Shown: positions 38,643 through 48,755, counted from the first letter of the stretch. The stretch is 60,760 nucleotides of DNA from a virus (IMGVR_UViG_3300030060_000709:1-60760), one strand, 5' to 3'. Translations and numbers: made by a program. Notes: generated from the letters alone by a model not told the origin.

Positions 38643-38867
38643 CTAGTTGGAGAGTCCAACAATTTCTTTTAGGTATTCAATGCCAGTCTTATCTTGCTGA
38701 CACAATAGTTGGTAGGTTTTTATTTGCGGATTGATTGATTGGATTATGTCACCCATATCGTTATGAAACATTAGTTCTATATGTTCACTAGGGATCATGT
38801 TGCGGAGCTGGATCAATTGCTGTTCCAGTTTTAACAGTTCGTTCAATGTGTGCTTGTGACTATACAT
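38643..38867 (-). CDS. Small early hypothetical protein
   Basis: 74 aa, GGAG RBS, followed by terminator. Confidence 0.65.
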   Translation of the reverse strand: MYSHKHTLNELLKLEQQLIQLRNMIPSEHIELMFHNDMGDIIQSINPQIKTYQLLCQQDKTGIEYLKEIVGLSN

Positions 38868-38878
38868 ATCTTAAACTC

Positions 38879-38906
38879 CAAAAAAAGAGGGGCCATCCTT
38901 GGCCCC
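38879..38906 (-). terminator. Rho-independent terminator
   Basis: Minus strand GGGGCCA-AGGA-TGGCCCC-TC-T8 after the 38915 stop. Confidence 0.7.
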
Positions 38907-38914
38907 GTAGTTGG

Positions 38915-39592
38915 TTAGTGGGTGGGTTCCCCAAGTGCATCGGGAGATAACTTGATACCATTATCTTGCAATGTACCGCGAAGCGTATCTAGCAAAGATA
39001 GCAGAGACATATTTTCTGGCATGTCTTGCGGCTCTAGTTTCTGAAGTGCTCTTAGCAGATTGTTAGCTTGCTGTGTAGCAATATCAATGGGTGCCCTCGC
39101 GTTCTTGATAGCTTGGTTTTCTTCGCTATCTTCGCGCTTAGTTGGATCTAAACCTCGGTCCACTTTATTACAGTACGTCCTAGCGGCATCGCACTTTTTA
39201 TCGAGCCATTTGGGAAAGTTACTGACAGTTTTACGATACTGCTTGTAAAACTTGTGTTTGCTGTTACCAGCAGACTTGGCCCAAGCTGGCGGAAACCCAG
39301 CCAAATAGCTGGCTCTAAAGCCGTCATAAAATGCATCGCCACCCAATCGCAGAGTATCATTCTTGGGTAGCAAGTACCGCCACATATCTGGGCCGTACTG
39401 CTTGTGCATTTCTTCCAACAGGGTATGAACTGCTTTTACTTGGGTTGATCTAAGCGTTTCAATCTTACCCTTGAACGCTTCCTTTTGCTTCGCTAATAAC
39501 TTCTTAGCGGTAGCTTCTTTTGTAGAGCATTCATGCTCTGCTTGCACAGTTATTTTTACTGCTTGTGCAACAGTATGCTTTACTTTAGCCAT
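38915..39592 (-). CDS. First early gene, basic helical hypothetical protein
   Basis: 225 aa, AAGGA RBS, own promoter and palindrome upstream. Confidence 0.8.
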   Translation of the reverse strand: MAKVKHTVAQAVKITVQAEHECSTKEATAKKLLAKQKEAFKGKIETLRSTQVKAVHTLLEEMHKQYGPDMWRYLLPKNDTLRLGGDAFYDGFRASYLAGFPPAWAKSAGNSKHKFYKQYRKTVSNFPKWLDKKCDAARTYCNKVDRGLDPTKREDSEENQAIKNARAPIDIATQQANNLLRALQKLEPQDMPENMSLLSLLDTLRGTLQDNGIKLSPDALGEPTH

Positions 39593-39625
39593 GGCTAAAT
39601 ATTCCTTTTTTAAAGTTAATAAAAG

Positions 39626-39650
39626 TGTATGACCAAACTTTGGTCATACA
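39626..39650. promoter_or_regulatory. 25-bp palindromic element, copy 6 of 6 (perfect 12-1-12)
   Basis: TGTATGACCAAACTTTGGTCATACA. Confidence 0.8.
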
Positions 39651-39682
39651 GTGAATCGACATGACTTGCTGTCGATTGTTCC

Positions 39683-39710
39683 AATATAGCATAGAATGGA
39701 ATTATATCAA
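39683..39710 (-). promoter_or_regulatory. sigma70-type early promoter
   Basis: Minus strand TTGATA-16 nt-TATATT with extended -10 TGn. Confidence 0.6.
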
Positions 39711-39945
39711 GGCAAATGGGGGTATTTAGTACTGTATCTTATGGTGACCCCCCACCCCCCTCGCTGCTGCTCTGGTTCCATACGTGTCTATATATTACTA
39801 ATTTTCACGAACAAATCTGATTTTCCCAGAACTCACACCCCACCCCCTCTATATAGGGAAGTACCCCCCTTTGGAGTCCCAGAGCCTTGTAATCAAAAAA
39901 TTTTTCTGGTATATAGGCACTTTCGGTTTAGACCTGCGAACAGAT

Positions 39946-40554
39946 ATGACACTTACACTCAAACCAGAGTTAGGTATTGCCATTCCCGACGAGGTAAAAC
40001 AGCTAGATCTACCTGAAAGAATGGAGGCTGCTGCTAACACAGCCGTAGCATTAGAAGATCACGGTTTAGATATTGTCCCCAGCAGAGAAGACAGGGATGT
40101 CGCTGCTACTTTGACTAACGCTTATGCGGAAGATCCCGAAAAATTATCTAAAAAAGCCAACGCGAATCGTGTTTCTGAGTTAACCCCCGCATCAATCGTA
40201 CTAACAAGTAACCTTTTACAAGAATTTGGACACGCAGTTGTCGAATCTTCAGTGCAAGTCAGGCATTTGGTAACAAACAAACTACTTCTGGAGACTGAAA
40301 ACGCTGATCCCAAGCACCGACTCAAGGCTTTAGAGCTTCTGGGTAAGATTTCAGACGTAGGATTGTTTGCCGAGAAGTCCGAGATCACTATAACCCACCA
40401 ATCGACAGACGATTTACGTGCAAAACTACGTGGTAAGCTAGAGAAACTGGTAAACCCACCAGAAGATGAAGAAGATATTGTTATATTTGACGATGAACCG
40501 ATAGATGTTTGCGAAGAACTGGGGTTTGACGATGAGGAAGAAGAAAGATCCTAA
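39946..40554 (+). CDS. Probable terminase small subunit
   Basis: Start moved to ATG of MTLTLKPE; RLKALELLGK helix; first late gene, upstream of TerL. Confidence 0.6.
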   Translation: MTLTLKPELGIAIPDEVKQLDLPERMEAAANTAVALEDHGLDIVPSREDRDVAATLTNAYAEDPEKLSKKANANRVSELTPASIVLTSNLLQEFGHAVVESSVQVRHLVTNKLLLETENADPKHRLKALELLGKISDVGLFAEKSEITITHQSTDDLRAKLRGKLEKLVNPPEDEEDIVIFDDEPIDVCEELGFDDEEEERS

Positions 40555-40822
40555 AGTAGGTACAGGTAAAAAGCCAAAAGGTTCGGGTCGTAGGCTGTAT
40601 ACAGACGAGAACCCCAAGGATACAGTGCCTATAAAGTTTGCGACAGAGGCAGATGCTCGTGATACGGTACGTCGAGTCAAAAATGTCAACAAACCCTTTG
40701 CCAGAAAGATACAAATCCTTACAGTTTTGGAACAAAGAGCTAAAGTTGCAGGTAAACCCAAGCAAGCAGCCATAGCTAAACGTGGGAAAGAGGCTATCAG
40801 GCGTAAACATGGACGAAAATGA
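40532..40822 (+). CDS. Small basic hypothetical protein
   Basis: MRKKKDPKVGTGKKPKGSGRRLYTDENPKDTV..., Lys/Arg-rich. Confidence 0.7.
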   Translation: MRKKKDPKVGTGKKPKGSGRRLYTDENPKDTVPIKFATEADARDTVRRVKNVNKPFARKIQILTVLEQRAKVAGKPKQAAIAKRGKEAIRRKHGRK

Positions 40823-42356
40823 GTTTTCTGAAGATGAAATCCAGCGGATGTTGGACAATATCGACTCTTTTTCTACAGAAGAGGTGGTAGAGATCAATCG
40901 TATCGTGGATGAACTGGCAACTCGTAGACAAAACAAACTAGCATACGACGATTTGATAGAGTTTTGCAAGCGAATGCAGCCAGATTACATAGTGGGTAAG
41001 CATCACAGGATTCTGGCTAACATGTTGATGGATATTGAGAAGGGAGCTAAGGATAGAGTCTGTGTAAACATCCCCCCACGGCATGGTAAGTCCCAGTTGG
41101 TGTCTATTTTCTACCCAGCGTGGTTTCTTGGCAGGAATCCTACGAAAAAAGTGATGATGGTGTCGCATACCACGGACTTGGCGGTAGATTTTGGTCGAAA
41201 AGTACGTAATTTGATCTCAACTGACGAGTATGCACAGATATTTCCTACGGTAAAGTTGGCAATAGACTCTAAATCCGCAGGTCGGTGGAACACGAACTCA
41301 GGTGGTGAGTATTATGCCTGTGGTGTAGGTTCAGCACTGGCTGGTCGTGGAGCAGACTTACTATTGGTAGATGACCCCCACTCAGAACAAGATGTAATTA
41401 ACGGTAACTTCTCGACATTTGAGAAAGCCTACGAATGGTATACGTTTGGAGCACGAACACGTCTGATGCCCGGAGGTCGGGTAGCTATAGTCCAGACACG
41501 TTGGCATATGGATGACCTGACAGGGCGTGTAGTTAAGGATATGGCGCAGAATGAACGCTCAGATCAGTTTGAGGTCATCGAGTTCCCTGCTATTTTAGAG
41601 ATAGAAGATGCCGAAACTGATGAGATAGTAGAAAAACCGCTGTGGCCTGAGTTTTTTGATCTTGAAGCTCTGCTTCGTACTAAGGCATCCATGCCTACAT
41701 TCCAGTGGAACGCACAGTATCAGCAGGAACCCACGGCAGAAGAAGCTGCACTTGTGAAGCGGGAGTGGTGGAATATGTGGATGGCTGATGAACCGCCCAT
41801 ATGTGAGTATATAATTATGTCGCTCGATGCTGCGGCAGAAAAACACAATCGTGCTGACTACACAGCACTGACTACATGGGGTGTGTTTCTCAACGAGGAA
41901 ACAAACGAGTATAATATAATTTTACTCAATAGTATAAAACAGCGGTTAGAGTTCCACGAACTGAAAGAGTTGGCATTGGAAGAGTATAAGTTCTGGGAAC
42001 CTGACTCGTTTATTGTGGAGAAAAAGAGTTCTGGGGTTGCACTGTATCAGGAAATGCGTAGGATGGGATTACCTGTGTCGGAGTATACCCCACATAGAGG
42101 GTCAGGTGACAAGCTCGCACGGTTAAATTCTGTATCTGATATTGTAGCTTCTGGGTTGTGCTGGGTTCCACCGACAAGGTGGGCCGAAGAAGTTGTTGAA
42201 GAGATAGCAGGGTTTCCGTTTATGAGTAACGATGACCTTGTGGATTCTACCGTCATGGTGTTAATGAGGTTCAGACAGGGTGGGTTTATACGCTTGCCGA
42301 GTGATGAGCCAGAAGATCAAAGATATTTCAAGCGTAAAGCGAGTGGGTATTACTGA
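40809..42356 (+). CDS. terL: Terminase large subunit
   Basis: IPPRHGKS Walker A, GRGADLLLVDD Walker B, QTRWH..DL, QYQQ.P, nuclease SLDAA...DDLVDS. Confidence 0.95.
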   Translation: MDENEFSEDEIQRMLDNIDSFSTEEVVEINRIVDELATRRQNKLAYDDLIEFCKRMQPDYIVGKHHRILANMLMDIEKGAKDRVCVNIPPRHGKSQLVSIFYPAWFLGRNPTKKVMMVSHTTDLAVDFGRKVRNLISTDEYAQIFPTVKLAIDSKSAGRWNTNSGGEYYACGVGSALAGRGADLLLVDDPHSEQDVINGNFSTFEKAYEWYTFGARTRLMPGGRVAIVQTRWHMDDLTGRVVKDMAQNERSDQFEVIEFPAILEIEDAETDEIVEKPLWPEFFDLEALLRTKASMPTFQWNAQYQQEPTAEEAALVKREWWNMWMADEPPICEYIIMSLDAAAEKHNRADYTALTTWGVFLNEETNEYNIILLNSIKQRLEFHELKELALEEYKFWEPDSFIVEKKSSGVALYQEMRRMGLPVSEYTPHRGSGDKLARLNSVSDIVASGLCWVPPTRWAEEVVEEIAGFPFMSNDDLVDSTVMVLMRFRQGGFIRLPSDEPEDQRYFKRKASGYY

Positions 42357-42364
42357 GGTGATGT

Positions 42365-44812
42365 ATGGCTGTTGATAAAGGTATAACCGTTGCCCCCCAA
42401 GGTATAGACGAAGCGGCTCTTGCGGAAGAACCGACAGAGTTGGAGATAGAGATTGTAAATCCAGACATGGTGACTTTGGATGATGGTAGCGTTGAGTTAA
42501 CACTCATACCCGATGCTATGCCCCTAGATATGACACCATTTGATGCTAATCTGGCAGAGTTTCTTGATGAGAGTTTTCTAGCTAGTTTAGCAAACGAGAT
42601 GTTAGAACTTGTAGATTCTGATATGGACAGTCGGAAAGAGTGGGCAGATACCTACGTCAGGGGATTAGATATTATAGGTTTTAAATATGACGAGCGCACC
42701 ACTCCTTGGGAAGGAGCCTGTGGTGTGAACTCTACAGTGCTTGCCGAAGCGACTATACGATTCCAAGCAGATACAATGAGTGAGACTTTTCCTGCGGCTG
42801 GTCCTGTTCGTGTAAAGATTATAGGCGAAGAAACTAAAGAAAAGGATGATGCAGCTATTCGTGTAAAAGCTGACATGAACTATCAGTTGACCGAGAAGAT
42901 GGTAGAGTACCGCCCTGAACATGAACGCATGTTGTACAGTCTTGGTTTGGCAGGTTCTGCGTTTAAGAAGGTTTACTTTGATCCTAATATAGGTAGACAG
43001 GTCGCTATATACATTCCGGCAGAAGATGTCATTGTACCTTATGGTGCGTCTAACATAGAGTCTGCGGAACGTGTTACTCATGTAATGCGAAGAACAAAAA
43101 ACGATGTCCGTAAACTACAGGTTAACGGGTTTTATAGGGATGTAGATCTAGGAGAGCCTGTACCTTATCACAGTGATATTGAAGAGAAGAAAGCCGAGGA
43201 TGGTGGATTCTCTATGACTGATGACGATAGGTATTCTCTATACGAAATACATGCTGATGTTGTTCTTGAGGGATTAGATGACGATGAGGAGGAGATAGCA
43301 AAACCTTACGTTATTACTATGGATCGTGGTAGTAGTGAAATACTAGCCATAAGACGTAACTGGAACCCTGACGATGAGTTGATGTTAAAACGTCAACACT
43401 TTGTACATTATGTCTATGTGCCCGGATTTGGTTTTTACGGTCTTGGTTTGATACACATCATAGGGGGGTACGCTAAAGCAGGTACATCTCTCATAAGACA
43501 GCTTGTAGACGCTGGAACACTGGCTAACCTTCCGGGCGGTTTGAAGTCTCGTGGGCTACGGATCAAAGGTGATGACACCCCCATAGAGCCGGGGGAATTT
43601 AAGGATGTAGACGTACCATCAGGTAGCATTCGTGAGAACATCATGCCCTTGCCGTACAAGGAACCTAGTCAAACACTTCTTGCACTTCTTAACCAGATAA
43701 CTGATGAAGGCCGTAGGTTAGGTGCAATCAGTGACATGAACATATCTGATATGTCAGCTAATGCACCTGTGGGAACAACGCTTGCTTTACTTGAAAGAAC
43801 TTTGAAGCCAATGGCAGCGGTACAGGCTCGTGTTCACTATGCTATGAAGCAAGAGTTCAAGATGCTCAAAACCATAATAGGTGAATACGCTCCGGCAGAG
43901 TATGGGTATGAACCGTTTCGTGGAGCTATAACAGCACGTAAGTCTGATTACATGATGGTAGATGTTATACCTGTCAGTGATCCCAATAGTTCTACGATGG
44001 CACAACGTGTGGTTCAGTATCAAGCTGTCTTACAGATGGCTCAACAAGCTCCACAGATTTACGATCTACCACAGTTACACCGCCAGATGATTGAAGTGTT
44101 AGGTATAAAGAATGCAGATAAACTTGTACCCACTAAAGACGATGCTAAACCCGCAGATCCTGTAAGTGAAAATATGAATGCTCTGAACGGTACACCACTA
44201 AAAGCGTTTATCTACCAAGACCATGACGCACACATGGCAGCACATCAAGCGTTTATACAAGATCCAACCATAACTCAAACCATTGCACAGAATCCTCAAG
44301 CACAACAGATAAATGCTGCGCTCCAAGCACATATAGCAGAGCATCTTGGGTTTAAGTATCGTAAAGAAATGGAAGAGAAAATAGGTGCGCCACTACCTAA
44401 TCCTAACGCAGAACTTGCAGAAGAGTTAGAAGTTCCGTTATCAAGAATGTTGGCTAAAGCAGGAACACAACTTAACCAGAAACATCAACAAGAGATAGCT
44501 CAAGCGCAAGCACAAGCTAAAGCACAAGACCCTGTACTACAGTTACAACAAGCAGAGATACAAGTTAAACAAGCTGAAGTACAGCGCAAGACACAAAAAG
44601 ATCAAGCAGATACTCAGATTAAACAAGCAGAACTACAGTTGAAAGCACAGAAGACTCAATCAGATGCGAATATGGATGCTGCTCAACTTGCACTAGATAA
44701 ACAAGAGTTAGATTTAGACGCTCAAAAAGCAGGAGCAAAACTTGCTGCGGATAGAAGAAAAGATAATACCAAATTAGATTTGGATTTACTAAGGGAGACT
44801 ACCAAGAGGTAA
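42365..44812 (+). CDS. Portal protein (P22-like, long C-terminal coiled coil)
   Basis: 815 aa directly after TerL; GSAFKKVY, GFYGLG, Q-rich C-terminal helix. Confidence 0.88.
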   Translation: MAVDKGITVAPQGIDEAALAEEPTELEIEIVNPDMVTLDDGSVELTLIPDAMPLDMTPFDANLAEFLDESFLASLANEMLELVDSDMDSRKEWADTYVRGLDIIGFKYDERTTPWEGACGVNSTVLAEATIRFQADTMSETFPAAGPVRVKIIGEETKEKDDAAIRVKADMNYQLTEKMVEYRPEHERMLYSLGLAGSAFKKVYFDPNIGRQVAIYIPAEDVIVPYGASNIESAERVTHVMRRTKNDVRKLQVNGFYRDVDLGEPVPYHSDIEEKKAEDGGFSMTDDDRYSLYEIHADVVLEGLDDDEEEIAKPYVITMDRGSSEILAIRRNWNPDDELMLKRQHFVHYVYVPGFGFYGLGLIHIIGGYAKAGTSLIRQLVDAGTLANLPGGLKSRGLRIKGDDTPIEPGEFKDVDVPSGSIRENIMPLPYKEPSQTLLALLNQITDEGRRLGAISDMNISDMSANAPVGTTLALLERTLKPMAAVQARVHYAMKQEFKMLKTIIGEYAPAEYGYEPFRGAITARKSDYMMVDVIPVSDPNSSTMAQRVVQYQAVLQMAQQAPQIYDLPQLHRQMIEVLGIKNADKLVPTKDDAKPADPVSENMNALNGTPLKAFIYQDHDAHMAAHQAFIQDPTITQTIAQNPQAQQINAALQAHIAEHLGFKYRKEMEEKIGAPLPNPNAELAEELEVPLSRMLAKAGTQLNQKHQQEIAQAQAQAKAQDPVLQLQQAEIQVKQAEVQRKTQKDQADTQIKQAELQLKAQKTQSDANMDAAQLALDKQELDLDAQKAGAKLAADRRKDNTKLDLDLLRETTKR

Positions 44813-44815
44813 TTT

Positions 44816-45013
44816 ATGGCTAAAACCGTCTTTGACGTGCTACGAGATAAAATCGAAGAAGATAAATCTTCTGCATCAGAATTTCTAAATAGTGGGGGAG
44901 CACAAGACTATTCCCAGTATAGAGAAATAACAGGCATGATCCGAGGTCTGAATGCTTGTTTAAACCACGTTAATGACCTCTCGCGCAATTACTTGGAAGA
45001 TGATGATGACTGA
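44816..45013 (+). CDS. Small hypothetical protein
   Basis: 65 aa between portal and GroES-like gene (Y...GMIRGL). Confidence 0.7.
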   Translation: MAKTVFDVLRDKIEEDKSSASEFLNSGGAQDYSQYREITGMIRGLNACLNHVNDLSRNYLEDDDD

Positions 45014-45383
45014 ACCAATGCAACAATCGTTGATAGATGATGACTTAGAACTTGAATTACCAATACCTGTGGGATACAGAGTCCTAGTGGCTATGCCTGA
45101 TGTTGAAGAAACATTCGGTGATAGTGGCATTATTAAATCCAGTAAAGAAATACATCTGGATACCGTGATGTCTACTATTGGTCTTGTATTAGATGTAGGT
45201 GAAGAAGCCTACTCTGACAAAGATCGTTTCCCCAGTGGGCCTTGGTGTAAACAAGGGGACTATGTAATGTTCCGCATGAATACAGGTACAAGGTTTAAAG
45301 TACGTGGTAAAGAATATCGTCTGATGAATGACGATTCAATCGAAGCAGTTGTAGCCGATCCTCGTGGCGTAACACGAGTGTAA
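45006..45383 (+). CDS. GroES/Cpn10-like co-chaperonin
   Basis: PVGYRVLV, SGII, VLDVGEEAY, GDYV, YRLMNDDSIEAVV. Confidence 0.85.
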   Translation: MTEPMQQSLIDDDLELELPIPVGYRVLVAMPDVEETFGDSGIIKSSKEIHLDTVMSTIGLVLDVGEEAYSDKDRFPSGPWCKQGDYVMFRMNTGTRFKVRGKEYRLMNDDSIEAVVADPRGVTRV

Positions 45384-45393
45384 GGAGTATAAA

Positions 45394-46365
45394 ATGGCGT
45401 TTCAAAAAGTTGAGTACACATTTCCTGAAGGGGAAGATGATAAGGAAATTGAAGTAGAACCTGCAAGTGAACAGAAAGTTGAGAAACCCTCTAACGCTAA
45501 GAAGGAGAGTGATAATGAACTTGAAATCGAAATTGTGGATGATGTACCTAAAGCTGACCGTAACCGTAAGCCTTCTGAGCCTCCGACTGAGGTTACAGAT
45601 GAGGAGTTGGAAGATTATTCTGACAAAGTACGTAACCGAATTAAACATTTTAGCAAAGGTTACCACGATGAAAGACGAGCTAAAGAAGCTGCTCTTCGGG
45701 AAAGAGAAGAATTTGAAAGATATGCAAAACAGTTAGTTGAAGAAAATAAAGAGCTTAAAGGCACTGTAGATAAAAACCAAGAAGCTCTTTTAGAACAAGC
45801 TAAGAAAACTGCTGCTGGTGAAATGCTTATTGCTAAACGCCAGTATAAACAAGCCTATGAAGCAGGTGATGCAGATAAGGTAGTTGAAGCACAAGAAAAG
45901 TTGACTGCTGCTAATATAAAAGTAGACAGACTTAAAAACTTTGAACCTAGTGCTTTGCAGACCAGTGAAGAAACTCCTAAAGCACCAACATCGCAACCAG
46001 TTGATGAAAGAGCCGCAGAATGGGCGAAAGAAAACTCGTGGTTTGGTTCTGATAAAGAGATGACAGGTTATGCAATGGGGTTGCATGAGAAACTTGTTTC
46101 GGATAATATCGACCCAAATAGTGATGAATACTACGAGACTATAAATTCTCGTATGCGGAAGTTGTTCCCAGAACAGTTTGATGAAGAAATTATAGAGGAA
46201 GAACAAGAAACTAAACGACAGCCTAATGTAGTCGCACCCGCTACGCGGAGCACAGCACCTAAAAAGGTTCGACTATCTTCGACACAGGTGGCTATTGCTA
46301 AGAAACTTGGAGTTCCTTTAGAACTATACGCCCAAAAGGTTGCAGAAGAGATGAGGAAAGCGTAA
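45394..46365 (+). CDS. Probable capsid scaffolding protein
   Basis: Acidic N-terminus, long coiled coil, C-terminal QVAIAKKLGVPLELYA; upstream of capsid genes. Confidence 0.7.
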   Translation: MAFQKVEYTFPEGEDDKEIEVEPASEQKVEKPSNAKKESDNELEIEIVDDVPKADRNRKPSEPPTEVTDEELEDYSDKVRNRIKHFSKGYHDERRAKEAALREREEFERYAKQLVEENKELKGTVDKNQEALLEQAKKTAAGEMLIAKRQYKQAYEAGDADKVVEAQEKLTAANIKVDRLKNFEPSALQTSEETPKAPTSQPVDERAAEWAKENSWFGSDKEMTGYAMGLHEKLVSDNIDPNSDEYYETINSRMRKLFPEQFDEEIIEEEQETKRQPNVVAPATRSTAPKKVRLSSTQVAIAKKLGVPLELYAQKVAEEMRKA

Positions 46366-46814
46366 TGGCTAAAAACAGAATTGACCGTGAACACGAAACC
46401 CGTGAGAAAACGGCCCGTAAACAGGCTTGGAGTAGGCCAGAAGTATTGCCTTCACCTAACGACGAGCCGGGCTACGCATTTCGCTGGATACGAGTAAGTA
46501 CACAGGGTAATGTTGATGCCCCAAATGTTTCCTCAAAATTACGCGAAGGTTGGGAACCTGTCAAAGCAACGGATCATCCCGAAATTACTATGGTTACCGT
46601 AGAGCAAGAACGCTTTAAAGATAATATAGTAATTGGTGGGTTAATGCTTTGTAAGGCTCCATCAGAATTAGTTGAAGAACGTACAGATTATTACGATTTG
46701 CAAGCTAAGTCTCAGATGGAGTCCGTGGACAACAACCTCATGCGCGAAAACGATCCACGAATGCCTCTTTTTAATGACCGTAAAACTAAAGTTACTTTCG
46801 GTAAAGGGGCGTAA
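46365..46814 (+). CDS. Head-module hypothetical protein
   Basis: FRWIR, REGWEPV, GGLMLCK motifs; coupled to scaffold gene. Confidence 0.7.
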   Translation: MAKNRIDREHETREKTARKQAWSRPEVLPSPNDEPGYAFRWIRVSTQGNVDAPNVSSKLREGWEPVKATDHPEITMVTVEQERFKDNIVIGGLMLCKAPSELVEERTDYYDLQAKSQMESVDNNLMRENDPRMPLFNDRKTKVTFGKGA

Positions 46815-46842
46815 CTGAAAATTATACTTTGAGGAAAGTATC

Positions 46843-47667
46843 ATGGCATATCCAACGATAGATGCCCCATACGGGTTAAAGCCTGTTAACCTCATCGGAG
46901 GTCAGGCGTATGCTGGGTCTACTCGTGAATATCCTATCCTTAATAACTTGGGCACCGGAATCTTCTATGGAGATTTAGTGGCTCTGGTTAGGGGGAATCT
47001 ACAGAGAATCAGTGTTACCACTGGTACGGCTGGTACTGTAGTAGGTGTATTCTTGGGCTGTAGTTATACAGATCCCAATACGAGCCAACCCACTTTTAGG
47101 CAAAACTATCCTGCTAGTACAGCGGCTGGTGATATAGTAGGTATTGTAGCTGACGATCCTGACTTGGTTTTCAAGGCAGTGGTCTGCTCTGCAACTACTA
47201 CTGTTGCATCTGGTGCTCAAGCAATGGTAGGACAGAATCTTGCGATGATAAACAATACTGGTAGCACTTCTACTGGTAACTCCAAGAATGCTGTTCTTGC
47301 CCCCGATGACACTCCTGCAACTACGGATGCTTTACCGCTTCGTATGCTGAGTGTGGTTGAGGATAGTCTAGTGTCACTTGGCACTGCTACTTATGCTTCT
47401 ATTTCTACTGCTACTGTAACTTGTTCGGCATTGCCGCAAGCTCTGGTGGTTGGTACAGATGTAGGATCACTAGATAGCAATGGCAACTACGTTGCTTCTG
47501 GATCTTTTGTAGACACGGCTGCTGCGGCTGGAGCAACTACGGTTGTTCTAAACCAAGCACCGATTGCTACACTGAACTCGACTCTTGTGTTCAGGCAGTA
47601 TCCAGAGGTTCTTGTTAAACTCAACTTCGGTCAGCATGAGTATTACGATGCTACCGGAACTGCGTAA
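46843..47667 (+). CDS. Capsid decoration / minor capsid protein
   Basis: APYGLKPV, IFYGDLV, GVFLGCSY, DDP; immediately upstream of MCP. Confidence 0.6.
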   Translation: MAYPTIDAPYGLKPVNLIGGQAYAGSTREYPILNNLGTGIFYGDLVALVRGNLQRISVTTGTAGTVVGVFLGCSYTDPNTSQPTFRQNYPASTAAGDIVGIVADDPDLVFKAVVCSATTTVASGAQAMVGQNLAMINNTGSTSTGNSKNAVLAPDDTPATTDALPLRMLSVVEDSLVSLGTATYASISTATVTCSALPQALVVGTDVGSLDSNGNYVASGSFVDTAAAAGATTVVLNQAPIATLNSTLVFRQYPEVLVKLNFGQHEYYDATGTA

Positions 47668-47680
47668 GGAGGTCTGAGAA

Positions 47681-48589
47681 ATGGCTATTTCAAGAGCGCA
47701 ATTACTTAAAGAACTCCTTCCCGGCCTTAACGCTTTGTTTGGGTTGGAGTACGCAAAGTATGGTGAGGAACATTCTGAGATCTATGAAACAGAGACTTCA
47801 GATCGATCCTTTGAAGAAGAAACTAAGTTGTCTGGCTTCTCTGCCGCACCTGTTAAGAATGAAGGTGCTGCAATTGAGTATGATAATGCTCAAGAAGCGT
47901 TCACGGCTCGCTATACGCACGAAACAGTGGCGATGGGTTTCAGTTTGACAGAAGAAGCTATCGAAGATAATCTCTACGATACTTTGTCAGCCCGATACAC
48001 CAAAGCACTTGCTCGCGCAATGGCGTACACCAAGCAGGTTAAGGCTGCGGCAATATTGAACAATGCGTTTAGTTCTACCAACGTCTATGGCGATGGTGTT
48101 TCGCTTTGTTCAACGGCTCATCCACTTGTTGCTGGTGGCACTAACTCAAACCGTCCTACCACGGCTTCTGATCTTAACGAAACTTCTTTGGAAGCGGCTG
48201 TTATTCAGATTGGTCAGTGGACTGATGAGCGTGGCCTGTTGATTGCTGCACAACCTACTAAACTCATTATTCCCTCAAACCTGCAATTCGTTGCAACTCG
48301 TTTGTTGGAGACTGAGGGACGAGTAGGAACGGCAGACAACGATCTCAATGCAATCCGCAATAACGGTGCTATCCCTCAAGGTTATTCAATTAATCATTAC
48401 CTGACGGATACCGATGCGTGGTTCTTGATGACAGACGTGCCTAATGGCTTGAAGCACTTTGTTCGTACCCCAATGTCTACATCTATGGATGCAGATTTTG
48501 ATACGGGCAACTCTCGCTACAAAGCCCGTGAGCGTTACTCCTTCGGTGTATCCGACCCACTTGGGATATTCGGAAGCCCCGGAGCTTAG
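47681..48589 (+). CDS. Major capsid protein
   Basis: 302 aa; MAISRAQLLKELLPGLNALFG, GDGV.L.S..HP, YKARERYSFG; strong AAGGAGG RBS and downstream terminator. Confidence 0.9.
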   Translation: MAISRAQLLKELLPGLNALFGLEYAKYGEEHSEIYETETSDRSFEEETKLSGFSAAPVKNEGAAIEYDNAQEAFTARYTHETVAMGFSLTEEAIEDNLYDTLSARYTKALARAMAYTKQVKAAAILNNAFSSTNVYGDGVSLCSTAHPLVAGGTNSNRPTTASDLNETSLEAAVIQIGQWTDERGLLIAAQPTKLIIPSNLQFVATRLLETEGRVGTADNDLNAIRNNGAIPQGYSINHYLTDTDAWFLMTDVPNGLKHFVRTPMSTSMDADFDTGNSRYKARERYSFGVSDPLGIFGSPGA

Positions 48590-48608
48590 ATTAGTAAGGC
48601 GGCATACT

Positions 48609-48634
48609 AAGGGGGGCTTACGCTCCCCTTTTTT
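48609..48634 (+). terminator. Rho-independent terminator after MCP
   Basis: AAGGGGGGC-TTAC-GCTCCCCTT followed by T-run. Confidence 0.8.
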
Positions 48635-48755
48635 ATTTGACATCGTTTAAGGTATCATGCAGTATTGATACATATCGGGATTATCCGGTAAATCTGACAG
48701 GCCCGACTGACGACATGCAGACAGATTTACTTAACTCGCATGTGAGGACAACTTA

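Noticed and set aside
48707-48713. Hammerhead ribozyme core CTGACGA
   Set aside because: No correctly placed GAAA and stem II/III found.
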